Assembly: GCA_047288015.1 (NCBI GenBank)
Contig: CM103819.1
Coordinates: forward strand, 32,753,354-32,817,353
Direction: 5' to 3'
Source of the DNA: Mactra antiquata
Taxonomy: Eukaryota
DNA length: 64,000 nucleotides
Part shown: piece after piece, positions 37,465 through 48,946 of the stretch
How the letters are laid out: every line of letters starts with the position of its first letter
How positions within the stretch are numbered: the stretch's first letter is position 1
Program-made: the position numbers and the translations under genes
Notes under the pieces: model-generated
What the model was told of the DNA's origin: nothing
What the model saw: only the letters and a program-made list of their open reading frames with translations
The model's database searches: none

Positions 37465-38030
37465 CTGTTAAAGGAATTGAAACATTGGCATTGCAATACA
37501 GGAACAACTTTCCTCTGAAATGGTTTATATTGCAATAACACATATGAATATAAAAAGTAAAATTAACCATGGACCATACCTTAACATGTACTGTACTTGT
37601 ACATAATTATACTATGTCTTAGCAGCGTATTTAAAAGCGAAAAATCATTCAAACATAAACAAGCTCAAGCATTGGGCACATTTTATAGCTATTTTAAATA
37701 AGGTTCATTGGCCAAAACATATGTCTTCAATTGTGAGGCATTATTACGTCATAAAGCAAACAAACAGTACATCGATGATCATTATCAAAATGGGGAATAA
37801 AACAATTCAGGATCTGCGATCTGAGAATGATTTAGTTAGTTGACCAGGAAACAAGCAGACTACCATATGTTTGTATATTGCCTAAATATCATAGTGATCA
37901 ATCTGTAAGAATTGTCGCATGGCTCTGTCGAACGTACGGTAATATAACCAAAGTAAAGATTGAATCTTCAAAAGTTTGTGGCAAGTACAGTGAATGCACA
38001 AAAATCATTTAATTCAACATATACTCTTAC

Positions 38031-38142
38031 CTTTTCCATATTCCTTAATAACTTCTAAGGCAAGTAAGGCTTCTCCGAGATATCCGAATGTTTCAGCTAT
38101 AATATAATCACAACCACCTTCTACTGCCCATTGCACTTGTTC
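38031..38142 (-). CDS. BHMT: BHMT-like paralog C, exon 4 (acceptor aataatag|GAACAAG, donor AAAAG|gtaagag)
   Basis: Translates to [37 protein letters not shown]. Length 112 nt. Confidence 0.72.
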
Positions 38143-38299
38143 CTATTATTAGTGACAGAAATGTCAAGAGCATATTTCATTTATCATAAAAACAAATTGG
38201 TACTAAATTAATTATTTTTGTTTATGACTTAGCAGAAGTATTGCTGCGTGAAGTTATTTTCAAGCAACTTGGTGATGACTTCAGGTCTGAACTCAACCA

Positions 38300-38580
38300 A
38301 AGGATGTCCGCCCGGTTGCTCCGTCGACAGCACACCTGCCTATCGATCCAGGGAACTCGGATTCGATAGTTTGATCGTAATATAGCTTCTAAGACTATTC
38401 TCTCTTCTACCTTTATGTCCAGTAGTGCAGTAGTCAGCCACTATTAAAGGTGTAAGTGTTGTACTGGTTAAAAACTTGGGTCTAGACATCTTCAGGGACA
38501 ATAAGTACGCCGACTGACCGCCGCGATGTCTGTAAAAATTTCGAAAAGCGGTGTAAAACACCATAAATTACCAACTTACC
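38300..38580 (+). mobile_element. SINE, family B-related with divergent head, in BHMT copy C intron between exons 3 and 4
   Basis: Body ..GTCCAGTAGTGCAGTAGTCAGCCACTATTAAAGG..GTACTGGTTAAAAACTTGGGTCTAGACATCTTCAGGGACAATAAGTACGCCGACTGACCGCCGCGATGTCTGTAAAAATTTCGAAAAGCGGTGTAAAACACCATAAATTACC. The tail matches the 54030 copy. Confidence 0.6.
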
Positions 38581-38853
38581 AACCCAACGATACTCACCAA
38601 AAAAATCTTTAATGTCAAATGTAAGGAATGTTAAGTCGGTTTGCTGCTTGCACAGTATAACAGATAATTTGAGAGTTCCTACTTTCCAACCAAAAGCAAA
38701 GAAATGGTTTGGTGTATCATGCCATTATGTTTAGATCAACGACATGAGTCTTTAGGAACTAGTATGTTGAATACATATTGCAATGAAGCAACGTAACGTT
38801 CATGTGTTTTGAAATTGAAATTTTGAAAACAAGCAAACTAATTATAGTCTTAC

Positions 38854-39048
38854 AATAAACATTTTTCTGGTTGTGTCATGTGTTTCTTTATGATCTGCGC
38901 TATATACACCAGTCACACAAATATCCCCTGCCATTAATGTACCAGTTTTGTCTGCTACTTCTCTTGCTATTTTAATGGCTGTTTTATTGAGAGTCTCTAG
39001 ATCACCTTCACGACCTATTGAACGCAGCTTTTCTCTGTGGGCATAATA
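38854..39048 (-). CDS. BHMT: BHMT-like paralog C, exon 3 (acceptor ttttttacag|TATTATGCC, donor ATT|gtaaga)
   Basis: Translates to YYAHREKLRSIGREGDLETLNKTAIKIAREVADKTGTLMAGDICVTGVYSADHKETHDTTRKMFI. Length 195 nt. Confidence 0.75.
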
Positions 39049-39810
39049 CTGTAAAAAAGAAATAGATTGAATCCAATCTACAAAAGCCAGTAGAAGTACT
39101 AATGCTTTGCTGAACTGTTATAAAGTGGTGTCAAAAGTATTCATATTCATTTTAAAACATGTCAAATGATGACTTTGATTGGACTCTAGTTATGTTTGGG
39201 AGGTGACTGTTATTGAACGGTGCCTGTTATTATGAGGGTTTTTTGGGAGGTAGCCTTTATGGGAAGTTTCTGTGTATTATGAGTAATATGGTTTATGACA
39301 TATTGGTACAAGTTGGAAAGCTAAGCAAGCAATGTAATCGTTACATTTCAATTACCAATGTCATCGTTCACATTTGCTAGTATACTTAATTTTGAAAGTG
39401 CGGATTGCTGGAGAAAATAAGGAGGAGAAAGTTATGGGTGTTGACATAATTTAATGATGTACAACCGGAGTACAAAAGGTCTAGAGTTCAGATATCGGGC
39501 CCAGCTTTTATGGTGTTTCCGGAATGTTTCTATGGTTTCTCCATTCGATCCACAGATGCCACTTTTGTTATTAGTTAACATGAAAGATAGAGAAAACATC
39601 AATGGAGCTCAGGGACAGTTAATATGTATAAAACAACTGTTAAAGGATAAATAATGGCTCATATCTTATCATCTTCTCTTTGTTGCCCATAAAACTGATC
39701 TGCCTCTTTATAACCCACCTTGTTGGCATAATGAGCATCTGTATACGTATTTAGTACATGTATAATTATGTATTATGGTTTTGCCAACCTGGTTCTTTTT
39801 CAATACTTAC

Positions 39811-40001
39811 TGTGAAAGCCTCCACCACGTCACTTCCGGCATGAACAAATTCTTCATGCATCACACGTATTAGATCTGGATGTTCAATGACCACTTCCGG
39901 TACAAAACCACCACCTTTCAGGTAACCACGTCTTTCAAATTCTAACAAATAACCTTCTGCAACCACCAGAGTTCCTCCGTCCTTTAGACGTTCTACAAGG
40001 C
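39811..40001 (-). CDS. BHMT: BHMT-like paralog C, coding exon 2 (acceptor cattccag|GC, donor ACA|gtaagt)
   Basis: Translates to (G)[63 protein letters not shown]. Length 191 nt. The acceptor position is conserved with copies A and B. Confidence 0.75.
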
Positions 40002-40124
40002 CTGGAATGTAGTAATGTCGCACATATTTAGAATGCAGTGTTTTCTAAACTGCTGTCGCAGATGTGATCAAGATGTGGGTACCCTGAGTTTTTGGTCCGG
40101 GTCTTAAACATTCGATGCTCAGAG

Positions 40125-40395
40125 ATAGCAGATGATACATTTGCTTTTCTTTTTTTTTTGGTTCGTTTTACATCCATTTCCGACAGTCGGACTCATATGA
40201 GGCGGAGAGTTGATTCAACTATCTTTCTGGGGATGCACAGGTACTGGACTCCCGTTCTCTGTAAGCAACTGCCTACTTTCTCACATAAAAAGTCGTGGTC
40301 AGAGCTATGCTCGTAACCGCGACCGCTTTTTGTAAGAGTTCATAGTGATTCGGAGTCAGCGACCTTAACCATTCGACCATTGAAGTGGCTTAATA
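40125..40395 (-). mobile_element. SINE family C copy, immediately upstream of BHMT copy C exon 2
   Basis: ..TTTCTCACATAAAAAGTCGTGGTCAGAGCTATGCTCGTAACCGCGACCGC..GGAGTCAGCGACCTTAACCATTCGACCATTGAAGTGGC is homologous to the 6290-6775 element. Confidence 0.6.
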
Positions 40396-41424
40396 CCTTA
40401 TTTTGAAAATTTAAAATGTCCATTTTGTTCCGCATATGTAGAAAAAAGTTGGACAGGGTAAGTTTGTAATGGTTAGATCATGAAAATCGGTTAGGTGAAG
40501 TGCTGAACAAAAGTTTAATTGTGTTACAGGGGGATGCACACCAAAAGTATAATAAGATTGCTGTCTCTGGAGTTACAGCCACTATACTAAGGTATATTCA
40601 TTTACAAAAGATAAGAAAACAATCTTACAACCTTAAAGCCAAATACATATAACAAGCTTTAGACGCAAAATAACCTTGTCAAACTGGTTTGCTTTCACAA
40701 TTTAAGTTAAACAAAGTGACTATTTCTTAAAATGGGGTTCCTTTTATAAGAGCTCAGTACACACATTTCAGGGTTTGCGATAAATACAATTGAAATACAA
40801 AAAGTTGTGTTTAGCTAAACAATACAACTTAAAGGCTGTTTAATCTTTCACAAGACTCTATCCCAACTAGTTCGTGATCAAAACTCAGTTTTAGTAAATA
40901 ACTGACAAATTTTACTTTAGGTTTCGATCTATTTTCACTTTGGAATGTAAATGAATTACGTTGAAAGATATTAAGTTGAAATGACCTTTGACAATATTTT
41001 CTTCGATTAATTGATACAACATACATCTGCATCAGTTAATTTTTTCCATTTATTTTGCAATCCACGCACAGGTTATATATTCTTGATATCAGGGCTTTAA
41101 GCCTTGAATGTCATACCTATTTTGTCTACTTGTTTTGTAGTGTCATAGGCCATTTCCTATCACATTTTATGAACTTTCTACGCATGAATATTATGATGGA
41201 ATGTATAACAAAACATTTACATGGCATTTATACTGTATTTATTATTATAAATTTGAGTTAAATATATTGCACCACTGTCAAAACTTTGATGGGAAATCCG
41301 CCATGAAAAAATAAAAGCAACTATTTGTGGAAAATGCACCCAAAGCAAATACACCGCTGACCTTTAGGGTGATTTAATACGCTAGAGAACTTGGTTTGCT
41401 TTAACATTTAGTTAGAACAAGAGT

Positions 41425-41580
41425 ATTTAAATGATAAAATAAAAATATTATTGATTTTGCTGTTAGGTATCGAACCTGCTTTCTCCCATAAAGAACCATG
41501 GTAGACAGCTGGGCTGAAACCCATGATTCTCTACCAGCAGCGACCTTAACCAATCGACCATAGAGGCGGGTCTGACTTTG
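41425..41580 (-). mobile_element. SINE family C head-region fragment
   Basis: GGTATCGAACCTGCTTTCTCCCATAAAGAACCATGG..CAGCAGCGACCTTAACCAATCGACCATAGAGGCGGG matches the ends of the copies at 40125 and 6290. Confidence 0.55.
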
Positions 41581-41765
41581 TGGCAATATGTTAAAGCAAG
41601 GCTGTGGAAGATATTGCTTTGCAAATGAAACATTATAAAAATCTGTATAGACAGACTGACTTCAATGGTTTTAGCTGGAAGATGTGTTACTAAGGTAGTA
41701 CGCGACGCCCCTTTTGGTAATCGGGTATTTCCGCTTTCTTCGTAAAATTGCCCTATAGTTTAATT

Positions 41766-41900
41766 ACGAACCCGCCTGGTTAACTTAGTCTGTAGCGCGT
41801 CTGACTGTTATCCAGGGGTCGTGGGTTCGATTCCAGGGTGGGACATACATAAATTAGTCATTTTGGTCTTTATAATTGTCATAAATCGCATGATTTTAAA
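41766..41900 (+). mobile_element. 3'-truncated tRNA-derived SINE (head plus start of body)
   Basis: GCCTGGTTAACTTAGTCTGTAGCGCGTCTGACTG..GGGGTCGTGGGTTCGATTCCAGGGTGGGACATACATAAATTAGTCATTTTGGTC. The acceptor-stem ends are not complementary, so this is not a functional tRNA. Confidence 0.55.
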
Positions 41901-43339
41901 ATAACCAAGGTGGTCTTCATAGCGGAACTTTACTGTATAATCTATATTGATCAACAACAATGGATGCAGATTATACACTATTTGCTAGGCTTATGTTAAG
42001 CCATTTCCACAATCTTAATCTTTTGTGGATATAAACGAGATTTAAAATTGTGATATTTACATTATCAGTGAAAGAGTTGCGTCATAATGTGGTCATTATT
42101 GTAAATAGGACATGGCTGTTGTTGTACATGTATTGTATACGTAATTTTGGCCTAATATTTTGATAGCTGATCACGAATACATTGACTGATTTTACAGTTG
42201 AAGTTTCCCCACAAATTTAGGATGTGTCGGATGGCCTGAATATAATACAATTTTCAGAACACACTGGTGACCCACTGAATTTAGTACTCAGTTGATCAAC
42301 ATATAATTAAGATTGCGCTTGACCCACTGGTTTGGTCTGTAATAAGTACTAAATAAGTATGCACGTAAATGTCCTTGATACTCAATATTTTACAACACCA
42401 AATATAAATATAATACAGAATTCAGAACAAACGTGTGATACTGTGGGATCTGCACTAAAACTAAAATCATTTTGACCCAATTGCAATACATATTTAGGAA
42501 CAAACGTTTGACTCCGTGGTTCTACACTTTGAATCATTGTGTCCCATTTATAATGCATTTTTCAGAACACCTACATAGTCGACTGGGTTTGAATAGAGTA
42601 TACCCTCGTTCTAATTAGCAGCTGCACATGTGCATCTAATCACTAATCATGCAAAATTTACATGTAATGAATTCGACAAGTGCAATGGCATTACTAGAAC
42701 AGCGTATACAAACGTAATGTTATCTCATGAGAATCTTAATTAATTAGAACAACGACAAAAAAATAATATGAAAAGTGTGTGTATATATATGTATGTATAT
42801 GGTTGATACGTGCGGATGGGGCCACGGCCCTTGGCACATCAAGTACTACGCTATGCTTCGTAGTATTAAGAAACCACAATGATTTCCGAGTATACATGCC
42901 TTTATAATAAGGAGTGGAATTTTTTGTTCTTGTATTTAGTACAATTTACAGATTCGACAATTCTCAAATCGGATTGTATTTATTATCATTATCAGCATGC
43001 ATAAACAAAGTCCTTGTATGCTTTATTGTGAGCTGGAAAATCAATACGTACGACCTTTTGCGAGCACAAGCTTCCATTATTTTCGGACACTTTAAGATTT
43101 ATTGTAAGGCAACAGTTTTAATTTGTATGACTTATTGCGAGCACCGAATGTAAACCAGTTTGTTTTACTGTGATTATACGTAACAGCTGGCTTAAATGAA
43201 ATCTCCATTGACATAACGCTTTTACTACGTATGAATTCTGTATTAATGAAAATAACGTACAGGTTTGTGTATTAGATAAATTCCTATGCGTATATAGTTA
43301 AAACAATGTATATTATAATACTATAATACATATGTAAAA

Positions 43340-43576
43340 GCCCGCCCGGCTAGCTCAGTCAATAGCGTACAAGTCTACTGATCGAGGGGCATGGGTTCGA
43401 TACCTGGGCGGGGGCATACTTTCGTGGAGCTTGGTCATGAAAATATTTCTACCGCCATTCTCCCTCCTACCACTGATTCTAAATCATGTAGCGCAGTTGT
43501 CAGTCACTGGCGAAAGTATGCGCCTAGTGACTGGTGAACAGCTAAATCCAGAGATATAGCCTTTCCAGGAACGGAA
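43340..43576 (+). mobile_element. SINE family B, 3'-truncated copy
   Basis: Head GCCCGGCTAGCTCAGTCAATAGCGTACAAGTCTACTGATCGAGGGGCATGGGTTCGATACCTGGGCGGGGGCATACTTTCGTGGAGC.. with body through ..CCTTTCCAGGAACGG. It is truncated before the conserved tail. Confidence 0.75.
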
Positions 43577-44699
43577 TGTATCTCAACATTATCAAATAAT
43601 TTTCAAACAATTATTTCAACAATACTAGATTACAAATATCGATTAAATAAAATAAAAGCCAACCTTTGCTTGACATCGTGTTAGTATCCACTGTTTAGCT
43701 TTTATTCAAATATTTTATTGGATATTTCTATACACAGCTCTGTCCTGTTGCTTACGAATACATATAATATTTCCTTGCATAAGTTTGCCATATCACATAA
43801 CGTAAACAATTCAGGGGACATAATGCAGATTAGCCAAGGGGTCAAGCATGTGTCAACATTGCGAAGTTGAAGTACTTTCAAATCTTGTCCTTCAGACAAT
43901 CGGGGATTTTATGAAAAAGTGAATTTGTAATTTAGCAAAATGTAGAGCATACAACTGCTGATTTTGTTTAATACTCTTTGTTCAGCTGACGTAACTTTGG
44001 AACATGGCCTATGTTCTTAATTGGTAAATTTGTTTTTCAGATATACGTACACTTTTTACTAAAACAACATTCTATAGTCATTTAAACATTCTTTAAATAA
44101 TGATACTTGTTTGAACATTGCATTTCTAAACTTTTCAGCACGTCAGATCTTTAAATTAGGATGATGCAGACATTTAGGGACACTTTTAAAATTGCTTTAT
44201 TTTCATATAAAAGGGAGATAATAAACTATTCCGTTGACATTTTTTTTGTTATTGTCGCATTGTTATCTATGATGTTTTGAAGTTAAAATTTAGTAAACAA
44301 CATACAGTAACCCCCAGTAAAAGTTACCTTCCATTTACAGTCACCTCTCAACATCAGTCACCTCGAATTCTCTAATCTCATGCATTGTACAATGAATATC
44401 ATCCTCTCTACGATAGTCATCTCTCAATAACAGTCAATTTAGCATAGTCCTTAGACTGGCTGTTACAGAGAGGTTTCACTGTGCGCTTACCCCAAAAAGT
44501 GACCTTCGAATGCATGTTCGAGATAGATAGCATATTATATCTGTTTGGCCTTCGTTCTGTGGTGTGGTCAAAATATAGGGCGGATTTTCTTGTTTTATCG
44601 CTCTAAATTTGGTCTACTTCTTTTAAATTACACAACACTTGAAATTATTTGAAAACTTCTCTTCTTTCCTCAATCCACTAGTTATATAAATCACATTTG

Positions 44700-44980
44700 G
44701 GCTTGTAAGTCGTTCAATGGCAGAGTTTCAGGCCCCGGTTTCACGAAAAATTCCAGTTCGATTTTCGGTCTCGCCAGGTTATGTCATACCCTTCCATGAA
44801 ATTTCGATGTTTAATACCGATTTTCCTCCGTAGAGGGAGAAGATGTCGGCGGAAAATTGCCATCGAAAGTATTTCTTGACCAAACTCCACAAGGTATATT
44901 AGGGCCATCTAGGAATCAAGACTACGACCATTGGATTGACAGTCAGTCGCACTACCAACTAAGCTAACCGGTCGGGTTGA
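44700..44980. mobile_element. Composite of SINE fragments: family A body (+) followed by a tRNA-like SINE head in minus orientation
   Basis: 44700-44880 reads ..GGTTATGTCATACCCTTCCATGAAATTTCGATGTTTAATACCGATTTTCCTCCGTAGAGGGAGAAGATGTCGGC... Reverse complement of 44890-44975 reads GGTTAGCTTAGTTGGTAGTGCGACTGACTG..GGTCGTAGTCTTGATTCC. Confidence 0.5.
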
Positions 44981-45003
44981 CAATGAAGTTTTAAGTACAT
45001 TAA

Positions 45004-45242
45004 GGGGCCCGTTTCATCAACTTTAATACATCGCTCGCAAATTTTTGTCATCATCACCATCGCTGACTTTTAAACTATACTATTCACTAGCAGGTGCACA
45101 GATGATGTTGCACACATTTGCAACGTTGATAAAAAAAGTTGATGTCGCTGTTTACAATTAAATGAACCGCAACCAGTCATGGAATCTAAAATCGGCGATA
45201 CAGCGCCGCCGAATAATCGGCGAGCGATGGGTTAACGAGCCC
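45004..45242 (+). mobile_element. MITE family copy with about 30-bp imperfect terminal inverted repeats
   Basis: The 5' end GGGGCCCGTTTCATCAACTTTAATACATCGCTCGC and the 3' end GCGAGCGATGGGTTAACGAGCCC are reverse-complementary (GGGCYCGTT..CATCGCTCGC). The element is about 240 bp with no ORF. Confidence 0.6.
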
Positions 45243-47126
45243 AAGGTTGATCATTACGTTGTTGCACGATAGCATACGGCATATGGAATATATGTAAATT
45301 ATTATGATAATTGTGGCAATATTCATGTCCAGTTTATTGGCCTGTACGTCATTATTACATGTAATGTCTTGTAGTAAAAGGAGTAGTAGTGTAAAGTTGT
45401 AAGAAAAGGGAAATAACTATGTTTATAGTATTTTTATTTTGAAAGCTGCAGTTACTTCCCTGCGTTGAGTCATTTACAGGTATCCAACTTATCATGTACT
45501 TTTATGACTAGCTGTGTTTGAGTCGTTTACATTGTTGTAGTCAGGTTAAATTAACATTTCTATGTAAATACATTATAAAGTGATATAGGGTGAAATTGAA
45601 AGACAACCCCCATCATCTATTCTTTGATCATTTTTGGTGATTCAATGCGCCGTGGATTCTGTAAGATTTTTCACATAGGGACTGCAGATAATACATCATT
45701 TATAATACATGTAATTCATAATTCATAATTTTATATAATTCATACCTTAAGCATTCATAAGCTTAATACCCACTTTTTCAAATGTTTAGAATACGAATAC
45801 ATACATGACCCCACAAGCAAACACAATAGAATAAATGTTTAAGAATATACCGAAAGCGCCAATTATTATGTCTTAATACACATGCTACTAATTATAGAAA
45901 TATGATTTGAACATTTTCTGAGGGGTAATCACTGCTAAGTTACTAATGATCACTTCCTGCTCTGTGGAGACATTCATTTATTTTAAGCTTGTTACATTGT
46001 TATCGCTGTCGTGTTAACTAACATATATACATGATCAGGTACTTCAACAAAACAATCCTACGACAAAAATGATCGTAAATATTGAATTATTTTCCTATCA
46101 ATTCCATATAAGTTAGAAATACATAGCATATTGTATATTCTATTTACTATCTTAATAAAATATTTAATCTACGGAATGTCTGCTACAAAATTATGAAATG
46201 GACTTACGATGACTTTGGTCGTAAGATTTTTTTTAAAGTATCTAGTTCCATGAAAGTACGCCATAAAAGTGCTTTATCTTTGATCTCCTAGCTAAAGATC
46301 TGGGAATTCTTTGAATTGAATAAATAATCTTTTGTTCTCTTTTGAAAGTTATTTCTTCATAATAATACAGTCTACAAAACAAATAAAACGCGCAAAGTGC
46401 AAAGTAGAAAACAACTATACAAACTTGATATGTTATGTGGATTTGAAGTTATTTCGCGAAAAAAAGATAAATAAAAACAGCTCTAGAAATATGATACATG
46501 TGTTTGTGTTCCGGTGTTTGGTCCATGAATTTTAATATTTTTTACATATTTTAGTGTGATAATTTTGGTGATTAAACCTCGACCTCACGTGCCAAAGAAA
46601 GGAAACTATCACACTGTTTCAATACTAATTGTTTAACTACCCTGTTTATTTTCCAGTTTTTTTAAATGTTACGACATATTAGGAGAATTGAAGATATCAC
46701 GAATCAGTGTTTATATTCTGATCTATTGATCCCTAAATATTTACCATAAGTTTATCTAAAATTCATTCAGTAGAAACAAGACTGAGTTTAACGATAGTGT
46801 AAATGCTACGCGTATTTACTGCGATTCATAGCGTCAGCGTATATTTTTTCGCATATCCCAATGGTTCTATCACCCAGGAAATAAGTCAGGTTTACGAATG
46901 TCGCTGGTCACACATGAAATATATTTAGCTCTGTATGCAATTCTTAAAGGGCAGATGTATTTTGCCCTTAAACTGTCACAAATCTGAAGATGAACTTTAG
47001 ACCCATACGTGTATTATGGTTGCTATATCAAGTAGTGACACACACAAATAAGTCCACAGTATTTTGCAATATGTTTTTCAATTTCTAAATGGGTTCAACA
47101 AAATTTTGTAACATTCGTTTTGGATC

Positions 47127-47410
47127 CTCTTGGTTTACTCAGTCGGTAGCGTGTCTGATCCAAAGAAAGTTCAAAGGTCGTTGGTTCTATTCCCGGGTCG
47201 GACCTACATACCTTTGCGGAGTTGGTCATTAAAAACTTTCTCCCACCTACCTCTGTATCAAGTAGGACAGTTGTCAGACACTGACCATGGTATAGTCTTA
47301 GTTTTGGCCAAGAGTTTTGGAGATCTACATCTTTTAGAGATCTAAGCCTCTCCAGGAACAATGAGTAGGTCGACCTACCGCTACGATATGACTGGAAAAT
47401 TGTCGGACAG
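47127..47410 (+). mobile_element. tRNA-derived SINE, family B-related
   Basis: Head ..TTACTCAGTCGGTAGCGTGTCTGATCC..GGTCGTTGGTTCTATTCCCGGGTCGGACC. Body TACATACCTTTGCGGAGTTGGTCATT..GTATCAAGTAGGACAGTTGTCAGACACTGACC..AGAGATCTAAGCCTCTCCAGGAACAATGAGTAGGTCGACCTACCGCTACGATATGACTGGAAAATTGTC. Confidence 0.7.
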
Positions 47411-48849
47411 CAGAAGTATACTTAAACGAACTTGTCACTTTGTTGCAACTCCTGAGTTGTTCATTTTACAGTACAGTGACAGTCAAAGTAATTAGAAAAA
47501 CTGATAAACATGTTAGGTCTCGGGTTACCAATGAAAATTTACGACTTGACTTTCTGTAACTAAATCGTAATTAAACTGGACGTAATCAATTTATAATCAA
47601 TTTACATTGACTCTCTGTCCCACGCTAATAAAAGCTGGGATAAAGTCCCAAATGAAAGTTATTTTGAAAAATTTAGTCCAATTTAATGACACGCGTACCT
47701 TTCATTCTCAAAGCTAATTCTTTGTACATATTGTGCTCTGAATTGGTCCATGGTTTATAAGTTTTAATTGATTGAAGGCAAGATTCGATACTTTTTTCAA
47801 AGGGGTATTTTTTTCTGAGATCTTCGCGTTTTCATACTCGGAGGTATAAGTAAACACAGGCTTACGTGAGGATTTTTTTGTCAAAATACTTTAAGATTTT
47901 GTTCTTATTTTCGGCGTAGTCTTATCTCTTTAATGTTTGCTCGAGCTATTTTTCGGATCATCTAATTCAATTGCAACATTAAAGCAAATCCGTATGCGTG
48001 ACAATCTAAGGCAAATGTAAGAAAAAGACTTCAAATCAACTTACGCTCGATTTGATGTCAATACAAGTCATGTTTTAAGAATGCGTATTTAAGGAAAAAA
48101 ACAATTTAAACACATAAAGAAATGACTATTGAAAGTCATGCGGTTATATTTAAAAAAGAGATAGATACATTTTATTGGTTATAAATACGTGTGTATGTCC
48201 TTGTACTGTCATAAAATATGTTAAATAACTGAACTTTGAAATTAATGGAGAAACGCACTAACCTATAAGGGTATATATCGTATGACGCAAAACAGGAATG
48301 GAAGTTATTGAAGAATCATAGAAAGTAAAGTGTTCGAATGACAGCCAAAGACGTTGGTTGCATACGTAAAAATACGAACATTTTCTTATCATAAGGCGAT
48401 AATTTTTAAAAGTTTTTGATCTATTGTGAACCATGACTCAAGTGTATTACGTCGATTGATAAATTGCTGTGTATCAACTATAACAAAAGAAAAAGGGTTG
48501 ACAGAAATTTGTGGTTAAAGCTATCATGCCGTTGTGAAGATTATTAGACAGGGAAAGGATTTGAAGATAAATTTGTGATCATTTTTTTTTTTGTTGAATA
48601 GTATTTATTTATTGATATGAAGATTATTTAATAATTTATTGTTTTTAATAGTTTATTAGTGCAATAAATTGCATGCTAAACTATTCATATGACAAAGTGA
48701 TATTAAGAAAGCCGAAGAAAGACTCACTTTCATTTATTCACTGATTTCGCCAAGTTTAGTTTATCTGACTTAATCTATTCGGATACATTCTGGTAGGACC
48801 AGTTTGTTTTTAATAAAAGCGAAGTCTGAAAATAAATTGTTGCCAAATT

Positions 48850-48946
48850 ATGGCATCGAAGAAGATGGACGCTGAGTATAATGCGATGCGAAGGAGAATG
48901 AGTCGTCTGCGAGTAAAATGTAACAATAAAGGAGCTTCTCTTGAAG
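48850..48946 (+). CDS. Candidate first coding exon of an uncharacterised plus-strand gene (ATG at 48850, donor GAAG|gtttgt)
   Basis: Short ORF MASKKMDAEYNAMRRRMSRLRVKCNNKGASLE ending at a GT donor in phase 1. That phase matches the next candidate exon at 61377. It is below the ORF-track size cutoff and has no homology support. Confidence 0.3.
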
